41,765 nt of DNA from Minisyncoccota bacterium (GCA_023135835.1 JAGLSI010000003.1:1-41765), one strand, 5' to 3'; numbered from the stretch's first letter, positions 17,492 through 26,529 are shown. The notes: generated by a model not told the origin, from the sequence alone. A program made the numbers and translations.

Positions 17492-17642
17492 AGTCAAAAG
17501 TCTATATGCAAAGCATATAATTCCAGCGCTCGGATTATGTGAAAATGAATTTTCACAAATCCTCGCTTGAAATTATAAAGTTTATAAAGTCTATAAAGTA
17601 AAAAATTTGCTTTGCAAATTTTCTTAAAAACTATAAACTAAC
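17492..17642. repeat. Composite intergenic hairpin element (AAAGTC-type arms, nested hairpins)
   Basis: AGTCAAAAGTC...(TATAAAGT)x3, core AAAATTTGC-TTT-GCAAATTTT, plus nested hairpins at 17503-17576. Confidence 0.65.
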
Positions 17643-17654
17643 CTATTAAACAAA

Positions 17655-18344
17655 ATGTTTTTAAACAAAGAAAATTTACACCACGCTTATCTTTTAGAAG
17701 GAGAAAGGGATTTAATTTTACCAGATCTTTTGTTTTTTTTGGAAAAAGAATTAAATTTTCAAATTTCTTCTAATCCAGATTTATATTTGAGAGATTTTGT
17801 TACTTTTGGGATTGATGATGGGAAAATTATTAAAGATTTTCAGTCTAAAAAACCTGTTGTTGGAAATAAGCAAGTTATAATTATTCAAACTAATTTTATA
17901 ACTAATGAAGCTCAAAATTCATTATTAAAAATGTTTGAGGAGCCAACTAAAGATGTTCATATATTTTTAATAATTCAGTCTTCTGAAAATCTTCTAGCAA
18001 CTCTTAAATCTCGTCTTCAAATAATTAAGTTTGAAAATGATAGTGTAGACAAAGAAGATTTAGTAATAGAGTTTTTAAAATCAAATCTTTCGAAAAGATT
18101 TGATTTAATTAAAGAATTTTTACCTAAAACTACTAAAGATAAGGCTGATAAGGTTGGGGCTATACAGTTTTTAAATAGTTTGGAAAAAACTTTGCATAAA
18201 AAGTTTTCAGATAAAAAAGAAGATTTTTTAGATTTTGAAAATATTTTTATAGAAATTAGCAAGTGCCGTTCGTATTTAAATGACCGTTCCCCGTCAGTTA
18301 AAATGATTTTAGAGCATATTTCTCAAATAATTCCTATAAATTAA
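17655..18344 (+). CDS. holB: DNA polymerase III delta-prime-like clamp-loader subunit (reduced)
   Basis: HHAYLLEG, NPD, GIDD, EAQNSLLKMFEEP, LATLKSR; lacks Walker A and the Zn module. Confidence 0.75.
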   Translation: MFLNKENLHHAYLLEGERDLILPDLLFFLEKELNFQISSNPDLYLRDFVTFGIDDGKIIKDFQSKKPVVGNKQVIIIQTNFITNEAQNSLLKMFEEPTKDVHIFLIIQSSENLLATLKSRLQIIKFENDSVDKEDLVIEFLKSNLSKRFDLIKEFLPKTTKDKADKVGAIQFLNSLEKTLHKKFSDKKEDFLDFENIFIEISKCRSYLNDRSPSVKMILEHISQIIPIN

Positions 18345-18371
18345 ACATAAGGTTTTTTATATAAAGATGAT

Positions 18372-18968
18372 ATGGCTATAAATAAAACAGAGCAAATGAA
18401 AAAAATAATGGAGGAAATTTTAAATCTTAAAAAATCTCCTTTATATGCTGAAAGAATTAAAAATAAAGCTTTTCCTGTTATTGGAGAAGGGGACTGTGAT
18501 GCAGAAATTGTGTTTGTAGGGGAAGCTCCTGGGAAAAATGAAGCCAAAACAGGTAAACCTTTTTGTGGAGCTTCAGGAAGGGTTTTGGATGAACTTTTAG
18601 ACTCTATTAAATTAAAAAGAGAAGATGTTTATGTTACTAATATAGTCAAAGATAGACCAACGGCTAATAGAGATCCTTCAAAAGATGAAATTAAAATTTA
18701 CGGACCTTTTTTAGATAAGCAGATTGAAATTATTCAGCCTAAGATAATCGCTACTTTGGGGAGATATTCAGCAGAATATATTATGAAAAGATTTGGTTTG
18801 GAAGAAGAAATTGAAACAATTGGGAAAATGCGAGGAAAAGCTTTTGAGGTCAAGACTTCTTATGGCTTAGTTAAGATTATTCCTTTACTTCATCCTGCTG
18901 TGGCGTTATATAATTCATTTAGTCGCGATGACCTTAAAAAAGACTTTAAGGTTTTGGAAAATAGATAA
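18372..18968 (+). CDS. Uracil-DNA glycosylase, family 4
   Basis: VGEAPGKNE...PFCGASG, TNIVKDRP..NRDP, HPA. Confidence 0.9.
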   Translation: MAINKTEQMKKIMEEILNLKKSPLYAERIKNKAFPVIGEGDCDAEIVFVGEAPGKNEAKTGKPFCGASGRVLDELLDSIKLKREDVYVTNIVKDRPTANRDPSKDEIKIYGPFLDKQIEIIQPKIIATLGRYSAEYIMKRFGLEEEIETIGKMRGKAFEVKTSYGLVKIIPLLHPAVALYNSFSRDDLKKDFKVLENR

Positions 18969-19006
18969 AAAATAAACGGCTCATTATAATGAGCCGTTTA
19001 TTTTTT
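18967..19006 (+). terminator. Intrinsic terminator (AACGGCT family)
   Basis: AAAAAATAAACGGCTCATT-AT-AATGAGCCGTTTATTTTTT. Confidence 0.8.
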
Positions 19007-19071
19007 TATATTTCTAATGTATACTCATATTTAATGAATATTAAATTAATTAGAAAAATTGCTATTGCCAT

Positions 19072-19269
19072 GAGGGTCTGTCTATAATCTCATGTCGAAC
19101 TGAAATATCTAAATTTTTAACGAAAATTTTATCTTTTAATGAAATATACAAGAGTATATTGAGGAAAAAGAGATAATTTGCAGTAAAAATTTAGATATTT
19201 TAGTCGGCAAACTTTTCTTTTTATTTGTGGTGAGATTATAGATAGACCCTCTCGGTCGCTTCTGCGACC
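19072..19269 (+). ncRNA. Candidate long rod-shaped structured RNA or foldback element
   Basis: Nested stems 19072-19092/19231-19251 and 19093-19119/19184-19209, apical AATATAC-AAGA-GTATATT; most stem mismatches are G-U on the + strand. Confidence 0.45.
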
Positions 19270-19330
19270 CTGTAATTAGTTATTTATTATTTTTTAATTA
19301 AAAATTATTATGTTAGCAAACGAACTTAGA

Positions 19331-19361
19331 CCCGTCCTTCACTAAAGTTGCGGAGGGCAGG
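19331..19361. repeat. GC-rich imperfect palindromic element
   Basis: CCCGTCCTTC-ACTAAAGTTGC-GGAGGGCAGG. Confidence 0.55.
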
Positions 19362-19412
19362 ATATAGTAAAGTTAAATAACTTTTGTCAATTAATATAAA
19401 CAATAAACTATC

Positions 19413-21251
19413 ATGAAAGCAAACACATTACGTCAAAAATATTTAGAATTTTTTAAAACAAAAAAGCACTCTATTATTCCTAGTGCGTCAATAATGCCTG
19501 ATAATGATCCTACGACTTTATTCACAGGTTCAGGAATGCAACCAATGCTGCCTTACTTATTAGGAGAAAAACATCCAAAGGGTACTCGGCTGGTAGATTC
19601 TCAAAAAAGTTTTAGGGCTCCAGATATAGAAGATGTGGGAGATAATCGACATACAACTTTTTTTGAAATGTTGGGAAATTGGTCTTTAGGAGATTATTTC
19701 AAAAAAGAACAAATTGAATGGATGTTTGAATTTTTAACTAAAGAATTAGGACTTGATCCTAATAGGATTTATACATCTGTTTTTAGAGGGGATGAAAAAA
19801 TTGGTATTCCCAAAGACGACGAAACTGTTAAATTATGGCAGGAAAGGTTTGAAAGTGTTGGTGTAGAAGCTAGGGCTGTTGATATGGCCGAACGGGATGG
19901 AATGCAAGGAGGAAGAATTTTTTATTATGATGCTAAAGAAAACTGGTGGTCACGATCAGGAGTTCCAGATAATATGCCTGTTGGTGAACCAGGAGGGCCA
20001 GATTCTGAAATGTTTTGGGATTTTGGTGTTGATTTAAAAATTCATGAAAATTCAGAATATAAAGATCAGCCTTGTCATCCTGCTTGTGATTGTGGAAGAT
20101 TTTTGGAAATTGGGAATAATGTTTTTATGTCGTATATAAAGACGGATGCAGGGTTTGAAGAGTTAGAGAAGAAAAATATAGATTTTGGAGGAGGTTTGGA
20201 AAGAATGGTTGTGGCTGTTTTAGACAACCCAGACGTTTTTATGAGTGATTTATTTGAGGGAATGAAAATTAAAATAGAAGAGTTAACAGGAAAGAAATAT
20301 GGAGAATCTGAAGAAGTCACTTATGCATTCAGAGTAATTCTAGATCATCTAAGAGGAGCAACTTTTATTATTGGAGATGATAAAGGAGTTACTCCTTCAA
20401 ATACTGATCAAGGTTATATTGTGCGAAGATTAATTCGGAGAGCTATTCGTTATGGAAAGCAGTTGGGTATTACTCAAGAACTTTGGTTGAAAGAAATTGC
20501 TAAAGTGGTTATTGAAGATTACAAGGGTACTTATTCTGAATTAGAAAGAAATAAAGATTTTGTTTTAGAGCAATTAGATAAAGAAGAGATTCAGTTTTCT
20601 AAAACTTTGGAGAAGGGTTTGAGAGAGTTAGAAAAAGGAACCGATCCTTTTGTTTTATTCACTACCTACGGTTTCCCTATTGAAATGACTCAAGAACTGG
20701 CAAAAGAAAAAGATATTGAAGTTAATGTGGAAGATTTTCAAAATAAAATGAAAAAACATCAAGAGCTTTCACGGACAGCTTCTGTTGGAAAATTTAAATC
20801 TGGTTTAGCTGATGATTCTAAAGAAACTACTTGTTTACATACTGCTGCTCATTTACTTTTAGCTGCTTTGAAAAAAGTATTAGGGACAGAGGTAATTCAA
20901 AAAGGTTCTAATATTACAGCAGAAAGATTAAGATTTGATTTTTCTTGGGGAGAAAAAATGACAGATGAACAAAAAACTGAAGTAGAAAAAATAGTTAATG
21001 AAGCAATTCAGCAAAATATTCCTGTTGAGTGTAATGAAATGTCAATTGAAGAAGCTAAAAAACAAGGGGCTTCTGGTATTTTTGATGATAAATATGGAGA
21101 TGTTGTAAAGGTCTATAAAATTGGAGATTTTTCTCAAGAACTTTGTTCTGGACCTCATGTTGAGAATACAGAAGAATTAGGTAGGTTTAAAATAACAAAA
21201 GAAGAAAGTTCTAGTGCAGGAGTAAGGAGAATTAAGGCTGTTTTGGAATAA
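19413..21251 (+). CDS. alaS: Alanine--tRNA ligase (aminoacylation + editing domains, no C-Ala domain)
   Basis: DPTTLFTGSGMQP, RHTTFFEMLGNWS, IDFGGGLER, editing motifs HTAAH and ELCSGPH, ends GVRRIKAVLE. Confidence 0.96.
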   Translation: MKANTLRQKYLEFFKTKKHSIIPSASIMPDNDPTTLFTGSGMQPMLPYLLGEKHPKGTRLVDSQKSFRAPDIEDVGDNRHTTFFEMLGNWSLGDYFKKEQIEWMFEFLTKELGLDPNRIYTSVFRGDEKIGIPKDDETVKLWQERFESVGVEARAVDMAERDGMQGGRIFYYDAKENWWSRSGVPDNMPVGEPGGPDSEMFWDFGVDLKIHENSEYKDQPCHPACDCGRFLEIGNNVFMSYIKTDAGFEELEKKNIDFGGGLERMVVAVLDNPDVFMSDLFEGMKIKIEELTGKKYGESEEVTYAFRVILDHLRGATFIIGDDKGVTPSNTDQGYIVRRLIRRAIRYGKQLGITQELWLKEIAKVVIEDYKGTYSELERNKDFVLEQLDKEEIQFSKTLEKGLRELEKGTDPFVLFTTYGFPIEMTQELAKEKDIEVNVEDFQNKMKKHQELSRTASVGKFKSGLADDSKETTCLHTAAHLLLAALKKVLGTEVIQKGSNITAERLRFDFSWGEKMTDEQKTEVEKIVNEAIQQNIPVECNEMSIEEAKKQGASGIFDDKYGDVVKVYKIGDFSQELCSGPHVENTEELGRFKITKEESSSAGVRRIKAVLE

Positions 21252-21281
21252 AGGAGGTTATTTGTTTAATTAAAGGTAGTT

Positions 21282-21313
21282 TTTTAACGGCTCAACTTGT
21301 TGAGCCGTTAAAA
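21282..21313. terminator. Hairpin (AACGGCT family) after alaS
   Basis: TTTTAACGGCTCAAC-TT-GTTGAGCCGTTAAAA. Confidence 0.65.
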
Positions 21314-21316
21314 TTT

Positions 21317-21369
21317 TAAATAGTAGCGCTTGCTTATGCCTGCAGACGGGCTCGGAGCGCTACTATTTA
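21317..21369. repeat. AGTAGCGCT palindrome with an internal insertion
   Basis: TAAATAGTAGCGCT...CGGAGCGCTACTATTTA; an uninterrupted copy lies at 32615-32637. Confidence 0.65.
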
Positions 21370-21522
21370 GTTGTTGTAAAAACAAGGAACTTTGATACTA
21401 TTATATTAATATATTAACAATTAAATAACCCTAATTCATTTAAAAATGATCGGGTAAACTCTAAATTATTAAAATAATTAGAAAACCTTAAATCATCAAA
21501 GATGATCAGGTAAAGAAAAAAC

Positions 21523-22599
21523 ATGAATAAAACAACAAATTGGATAGTAGGAATAATTATTATAGCAGTAGTAATTTGGTTTGGATTCTTAAACAAAGAA
21601 ACAGAACCAGTTTCAATTGAGCCTATTAAGATTGGGGTAATTTTACCTTTGTCTGGAGATTATGCTTTTTTTGGTGAAAGTGAAAGAGATGCTATTAATT
21701 TAGCATTTAAAGAAACAGAAGCTAATGTTGAAGTTATTTTTGAGGATGATGGATTTGATGCTAAGAAAGCCGTTTCTGCTTATCATAAATTAACAAGTGT
21801 TGATAATGTTGATATTTTAATAAATGCAGATAGTATTGCTTTTCCAGCGATTTACCCTTTAATTAAGCAAGATGAAATTTTAACTTTTCAAATCTTTGAA
21901 TCAAGTAGTCGGTTTAAAGATACTGTTTTTCAAGTAATGCCTCATAGTTACGCTTTGTTTTCTAAATTAGGGGAAATTAGTGATAGTAAATACGATACAG
22001 TAGCTCTAGTATATGGTAGTGGAGAATTTTTAGTGAAAGATGCAGATTATTTTAAGAAAATGATGCCAGAAAATAAAATTGTTTATGAAATAATGTTGGG
22101 TTCTAATTCTGATTATAGAACAGAAGTATTAAAATTATTAGCAGAAAAACCTGAAGCAACAACTTTATTTTTATCTGTAGCTGATGGAATAAAATTTTTG
22201 AAAGCACTTGAAGATCAAAAAGGAAATACAGACATTGATTTAATATGTGATGCTAATATAGAAATGAGCATAGGTCAGTATATAGAAGCTGTTGGAAGTG
22301 ATATTTTTGAAGATTGTTTTTCAACAAATTTACCTAATCAAATGACAGATGATTTTAAGCTTAAGTTTGAACAAGAATATGGGAACGAGCCAATATTTTC
22401 AGCAGATTATGCATATGATATTGCTTTGATTATAAGCGATCTTATAAAACAACCAAAGTCAGATTGGCTAGACATTGCTCAAAATATTTCTTTAAGCGGG
22501 GCATCAGGAATTGTTAAATTTGATGAGATGGGAACAAGATTACCAGCGTCAGAGACTCATATTTTTAAAGACGGGGAATTTATACTATATGAAGAATAA
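21523..22599 (+). CDS. Branched-chain amino-acid type (LivJ-like) substrate-binding protein, membrane-anchored
   Basis: N-terminal TM; IKIGVILPLSGDYAFFG, FEDD, DYRTEVLK, AYD, GASGIVKFDEMG. Confidence 0.85.
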   Translation: MNKTTNWIVGIIIIAVVIWFGFLNKETEPVSIEPIKIGVILPLSGDYAFFGESERDAINLAFKETEANVEVIFEDDGFDAKKAVSAYHKLTSVDNVDILINADSIAFPAIYPLIKQDEILTFQIFESSSRFKDTVFQVMPHSYALFSKLGEISDSKYDTVALVYGSGEFLVKDADYFKKMMPENKIVYEIMLGSNSDYRTEVLKLLAEKPEATTLFLSVADGIKFLKALEDQKGNTDIDLICDANIEMSIGQYIEAVGSDIFEDCFSTNLPNQMTDDFKLKFEQEYGNEPIFSADYAYDIALIISDLIKQPKSDWLDIAQNISLSGASGIVKFDEMGTRLPASETHIFKDGEFILYEE

Positions 22600-22629
22600 T
22601 TAAATTATTAAAATTTAATTTAGAATTAT

Positions 22630-22666
22630 AAAAAACTGTTTATATAAGTATATAGGCAGTTTTTTT
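22630..22666 (+). terminator. Intrinsic terminator
   Basis: AAAAAACTGTTTATATA..TATATAGGCAGTTTTTTT. Confidence 0.65.
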
Positions 22667-22820
22667 ATTTAAGTAAGCTTGTTACTACTATTTTATTTTT
22701 ATGGTAAAATATAAGGATAAAAATAATTATTAATAAGTATGGAGTGGAGGGTATAGAAAAGTTTGTGAAGTAATTTTTCTAATTATCTAATCTACCTAAC
22801 ACCTAAATAACTAAATTATT

Positions 22821-24074
22821 ATGAACAAAAAATTACAAGATGTAACTCCTCCTAAAAGGACGATTCACGATATTCCTGTTCCGAATGGTAAGGGGAGAGG
22901 AAGAAATCCGATTTCTGATTTTAAGAGTGATAAAAAGAAGAAAACTTCTTTTAGTAAAAAAATTATTATAGCAGTAATTTTTGGACTTATTGCTTTTCTT
23001 CTATTTAGTTTTTTAGCTTCTTCTAGTGTGACAGTAAATGTTATTTCTAGGCAATTAACAAAAAGAACAGATGCTAGTTTTATAGCTGTTTCTAGTAATG
23101 AGACTGGTGGAATTCCTTTTGATGTTGTGATGTTAGATAAAACTATTGTAGAGTCAATAGTTGCTACAGGAGAAGAGGAAGTGAATGAAAAAGCTAGTGG
23201 GGAAATAATTGTTTTTAATAATTTTGATTTTGAAAATCAGAGATTAATAAAAAATACTCGTTTTGAAACTTCAGAAGGTTTGGTTTTTAGAATTCAAAAT
23301 TCTGTAGTTGTCCCTGGGCAAAAGGAGGATTCATCGGGAGAAGTTATTCCTGGGAGTATAGAAGTAACTGTTTATGCTGATCAGCCTGGGGAAGAATATA
23401 ACGTAGGGCTAAAAGATTTTACTATTCCTGGTTTTGAGGGAACAGAGAGATTTGATAAATTCTATGCTCGTTCAAAAACTGTTATGGCAGGTGGTTTTGA
23501 GGGAGTAAAAAAGGTTGCTTCTGAAAAAGATGTAGAAAATATGCAAATACAATTAGGAGAGAGGTTGATTGCTGAATTAACGGAAGAAATTAAAACTCAA
23601 ATACCTGAAGGGTTCGTTTTGTATCAGAATGGTATTTTCTCAGAAACTAAGTTTTTAGGAACTAAGGATATGGGAGATAAAGTCGGGGTAGAAGAGAAAG
23701 TTAATGTTTACGCAGTAATTTTTAATAGAGGTGATTTAAGTAAATATGTAGCTGAAAATATTATAGATAATTATGATGGTGCTGATTTAATAATTTCTAA
23801 TTTAGATAACTTAGATTTTGAGATAAAGAATAAAGATGATGTTATTCCTTGGGTAGAAGAGAGATTTGTATTTTCCTTAAAAGGAGAGTGTAATTTTGAA
23901 TGGACTTTTGATGAAGATGACTTAAAAAATGATTTTGTAGGGAAGTCAAAAAGTAGTACTAATGAGATATTATCTAGATATCCAAGCATAGATTCAGCAG
24001 AAGTAATCATTAAACCTTTTTGGAAAAACTCTTTTCCTCGTAGTACTGGGAATATAGAAATAGTTTTAAATTAA
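22821..24074 (+). CDS. Membrane-anchored hypothetical protein with a baseplate-J-like beta domain
   Basis: TM at aa ~47-66; KASGEIIVFN...LIKNTRF...VVVPG...VTVYADQPGEEYNV...GG pattern. Confidence 0.6.
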   Translation: MNKKLQDVTPPKRTIHDIPVPNGKGRGRNPISDFKSDKKKKTSFSKKIIIAVIFGLIAFLLFSFLASSSVTVNVISRQLTKRTDASFIAVSSNETGGIPFDVVMLDKTIVESIVATGEEEVNEKASGEIIVFNNFDFENQRLIKNTRFETSEGLVFRIQNSVVVPGQKEDSSGEVIPGSIEVTVYADQPGEEYNVGLKDFTIPGFEGTERFDKFYARSKTVMAGGFEGVKKVASEKDVENMQIQLGERLIAELTEEIKTQIPEGFVLYQNGIFSETKFLGTKDMGDKVGVEEKVNVYAVIFNRGDLSKYVAENIIDNYDGADLIISNLDNLDFEIKNKDDVIPWVEERFVFSLKGECNFEWTFDEDDLKNDFVGKSKSSTNEILSRYPSIDSAEVIIKPFWKNSFPRSTGNIEIVLN

Positions 24075-24111
24075 CTTAAATTATATAAAAAAGACTTTGT
24101 TATAAAAAGAC

Positions 24112-24140
24112 TTGAAAAAAAAGAGGGTTTTTGTTAGAAT
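24112..24140 (+). promoter_or_regulatory. Strong sigma70 promoter for the infA-rpsI cluster
   Basis: TTGAAA-17-TAGAAT with a TGn extension. Confidence 0.65.
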
Positions 24141-24160
24141 AACTCTCGTTACTTTAAATA

Positions 24161-24391
24161 ATGGAAAATAAAGAAGAACAATTTGTAGAAGGGGTTATCG
24201 TTGAGGCTCTGCCTAATACTCTTTTTAATGTAGAAATTGAGAATAAGGATACTGGAGAAGTAGAAATACAATTAGTATATTTGTCTGGTAAAATGAGAAT
24301 TCATAGAATTAAAGTATTAGTAGGAGATAAAGTAAAAATAAAAGTAGATCCTTATGGTGGTAGAGGAAGGATTACTCAAAGGTTAAAATAG
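24161..24391 (+). CDS. infA: Translation initiation factor IF-1
   Basis: [35 protein letters not shown]. Confidence 0.96.
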   Translation: MENKEEQFVEGVIVEALPNTLFNVEIENKDTGEVEIQLVYLSGKMRIHRIKVLVGDKVKIKVDPYGGRGRITQRLK

Positions 24392-24407
24392 CCTTAAATT
24401 TGGAAGC

Positions 24408-24521
24408 ATGAAAATAAAATCATCAGTTAAAAAACAATGTGTAAAATGTAAGGTTGTCCGAAGAAACGGGCGTGTTTGTGTTATTTGTGAAAATCCAAGG
24501 CATAAACAACGACAGAGATAA
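24408..24521 (+). CDS. rpmJ: 50S ribosomal protein L36, Zn-ribbon form (missed by the ORF track)
   Basis: Hand translation [37 protein letters not shown]; canonical position between infA and rpsM. Confidence 0.97.
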   Translation: MKIKSSVKKQCVKCKVVRRNGRVCVICENPRHKQRQR

Positions 24522-24706
24522 TTATTTTGCCTACAGATTTGAATTTGGCTTGCCGAATTTAAATCTGTGGTTGCAAAATAATATCCCTCACCCAGAGTGG
24601 GGAAGAATTTTAATAAAAGAAAAAAGCAAAAGATTGATTATATAAATTAAATATATATAATTATCGCTGGGTGAAGGGATTGAGATTTTCTAAATGAATT
24701 TATCTC
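24521..24706 (+). promoter_or_regulatory. Structured intergenic leader before rpsM
   Basis: Hairpin 24521-24582 with G-U pairs; long-range stem 24583-24595/24667-24680. Confidence 0.45.
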
Positions 24707-24739
24707 GCTTTACTCGAAAATTAATTAAGAAAAACTATA

Positions 24740-25117
24740 ATGAGAATTTCAGGAATTACAATCCCAGATGAAAAAAGATTAGAAATAGGCTTGACTATTT
24801 TATATGGTGTGGGAAGATCCCTTGCTCATAAAATTTTAGATGAAGCCAAGGTAGATTATGGAAAAAAATCTAAAGATTTAAGCGCTGATGAAGAAAAAAA
24901 TATTAGAAAGATTATAGAAGAGTATAAGTTAGAAGGAAATTTAAAGAGAGAAATAAGTGGAAATATTAAGAGATTGATTGATATTAAGTCATACAGAGGT
25001 TCTAGACATACAAAAAGTTTACCTTGTCGGGGGCAAAGAACTAGAACAAACGCTAGAACTTTACGAGGTAAAAAGAAAACAATGGGTTCAGGTAGGAAAA
25101 AAGCAGATAAAAAATAA
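24740..25117 (+). CDS. rpsM: 30S ribosomal protein S13
   Basis: RISG, LTILYGVG, SYRGSRH, RGQRTRTNART. Confidence 0.97.
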   Translation: MRISGITIPDEKRLEIGLTILYGVGRSLAHKILDEAKVDYGKKSKDLSADEEKNIRKIIEEYKLEGNLKREISGNIKRLIDIKSYRGSRHTKSLPCRGQRTRTNARTLRGKKKTMGSGRKKADKK

Positions 25118-25122
25118 TTTAA

Positions 25123-25227
25123 TTAGGGATTAGGGATTAGCTAGTTAGCTGGTTAGAGAAAAAATTCACAAAGTAAATTTTTTCTAACAAGCTAATTAGT
25201 TAAAAAGCTAAAATCCTAGTAAGCTAA
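25123..25227. repeat. Intergenic hairpin element with TTAGCT/AGCTAA tandem arms
   Basis: TTAGGGA/TTAGCTNG units, core AAAAAATTCAC-AAA-GTAAATTTTT, then CTAA units. Confidence 0.7.
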
Positions 25228-25233
25228 ATAAAT

Positions 25234-25677
25234 ATGGGTAAAAAAAGAATTATAAAAAAGACAGGAAAAACAGGGGAAACAAAAAAAAGTGCTTTAAAAT
25301 CACGATTTTTGAATAAAGGGTCTAAAAGAAAATTAGACTCAGGAGTTTTGCATGTTAGATCTACTTATAATAATACAATAGTTTCTTTAACAGATTTACA
25401 AGGTAATTTAGTTTGTACTTCTTCAAGTGGAGCTTTAGGTTTTAAAGGAGCTAAGAAAGGAACTCCTTTTGCAGCTGCTAAGATTGGTGAGTTAATTGGA
25501 GATATGGCTAAGTCAATGGGAGTAAAAACAGTTGATGTTATTGTTAAAGGAGTGGGTGCTGGTAGAGAGTCTGCTATTAGAGGGTTTATTTCAAAAGGAA
25601 TTCACATTAATTCAATTAAAGATAAGACACCGATTCCTCATAATGGTCCAAAACCAAAAAAACCAAGAAGAGTATAA
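25234..25677 (+). CDS. rpsK: 30S ribosomal protein S11
   Basis: STYNNTIV, GFKGAKKGTPFAA, GRESAIR, TPIPHNG. Confidence 0.97.
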   Translation: MGKKRIIKKTGKTGETKKSALKSRFLNKGSKRKLDSGVLHVRSTYNNTIVSLTDLQGNLVCTSSSGALGFKGAKKGTPFAAAKIGELIGDMAKSMGVKTVDVIVKGVGAGRESAIRGFISKGIHINSIKDKTPIPHNGPKPKKPRRV

Positions 25678-25678
25678 A

Positions 25679-25776
25679 TTAGGAAATTAGGAATTAGCTT
25701 ATTAGCTTGTTAGAGGAAAAATCGTTTTAAGATTTTTCTCCTAACAAGCCAATAAGCTAGCCAGCTAAAAAGCTAA
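25679..25776. repeat. Intergenic hairpin element with TTAGCT/AGCTAA tandem arms
   Basis: TAGCTTATTAGCTTGTTAG...CTAACAAGCCAATAAGCTA. Confidence 0.7.
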
Positions 25777-25780
25777 AAAA

Positions 25781-26392
25781 ATGATTATAAAAACAAAATA
25801 TAAATTATGTAGAAGATTGGGAGCTAGTCTTTTTGAGAAAACTCAAACTCAAAAATATGCTTTATCTGAAACACGAAAAAGTGGTAACAGAAGACTGAAA
25901 AGGAAAAAGATGCCTTCTCAGTATGGTTTACAGTTGATTGAAAAACAAAAATTACGTTTTTCTTATGGGATAAGAGAAAAGCAACTATCACGATATGTGA
26001 AAGAAGCTATGGTTCAAAAAACTAAAAGCCCAGCAGATTCTTTATATACAAGACTAGAATTAAGATTAGATAATGTTGTTTATAGATTAGGTTTAGCTCC
26101 AACTAGAGCAATGGCAAGACAGCTAGTTTCTCACGGACATATTATGGTAAATGGAAGAAAATTATCTGTCGCTTCTCATAAAACTAAGATAGGAGATAAA
26201 ATAGAAATTAGAAAAGGAAGTCAAGGAAAAGTGGTTTTTGCTGATTTACAAGATAAGATAAAGGATGTAATTTCAGTTGATTGGTTAAATTTTGATATAA
26301 AAAAGAAAGAGGGTAAGGTTATAGCAGAACCCAAATTAGAAAATCAAGAAATTTTTGATTTTAAAATTATTTTAGAATTTTACGGACGTTAA
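25781..26392 (+). CDS. rpsD: 30S ribosomal protein S4
   Basis: SQYGLQLIEKQK, LELRLDNVVYRLG, ARQLVSHGHI. Confidence 0.97.
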   Translation: MIIKTKYKLCRRLGASLFEKTQTQKYALSETRKSGNRRLKRKKMPSQYGLQLIEKQKLRFSYGIREKQLSRYVKEAMVQKTKSPADSLYTRLELRLDNVVYRLGLAPTRAMARQLVSHGHIMVNGRKLSVASHKTKIGDKIEIRKGSQGKVVFADLQDKIKDVISVDWLNFDIKKKEGKVIAEPKLENQEIFDFKIILEFYGR

Positions 26393-26529
26393 TTTGTAAA
26401 AATGTCTAAAATGATGTATTATTTATGTGCTTTAATTATTAAAATGTAGAAAGCATATAATTGATAGTTAAAATTTATTTTATGAATTTAGCTATAAATT
26501 ATATGCTGTTAACTATAAATTAAATAAAA

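Noticed and set aside
19010-19412. T-box riboswitch ahead of alaS (also checked ahead of thrS)
   Set aside because: No TGGNACC T-box bulge motif seen
24454-24645. 63-aa ORF from the track
   Set aside because: Out-of-frame overlap with rpmJ and runs through hairpins
26397-26430. Possible duplicated rpoA start (TAAAAATGTCT)
   Set aside because: 11-bp AT-rich match with no peptide similarity beyond MS
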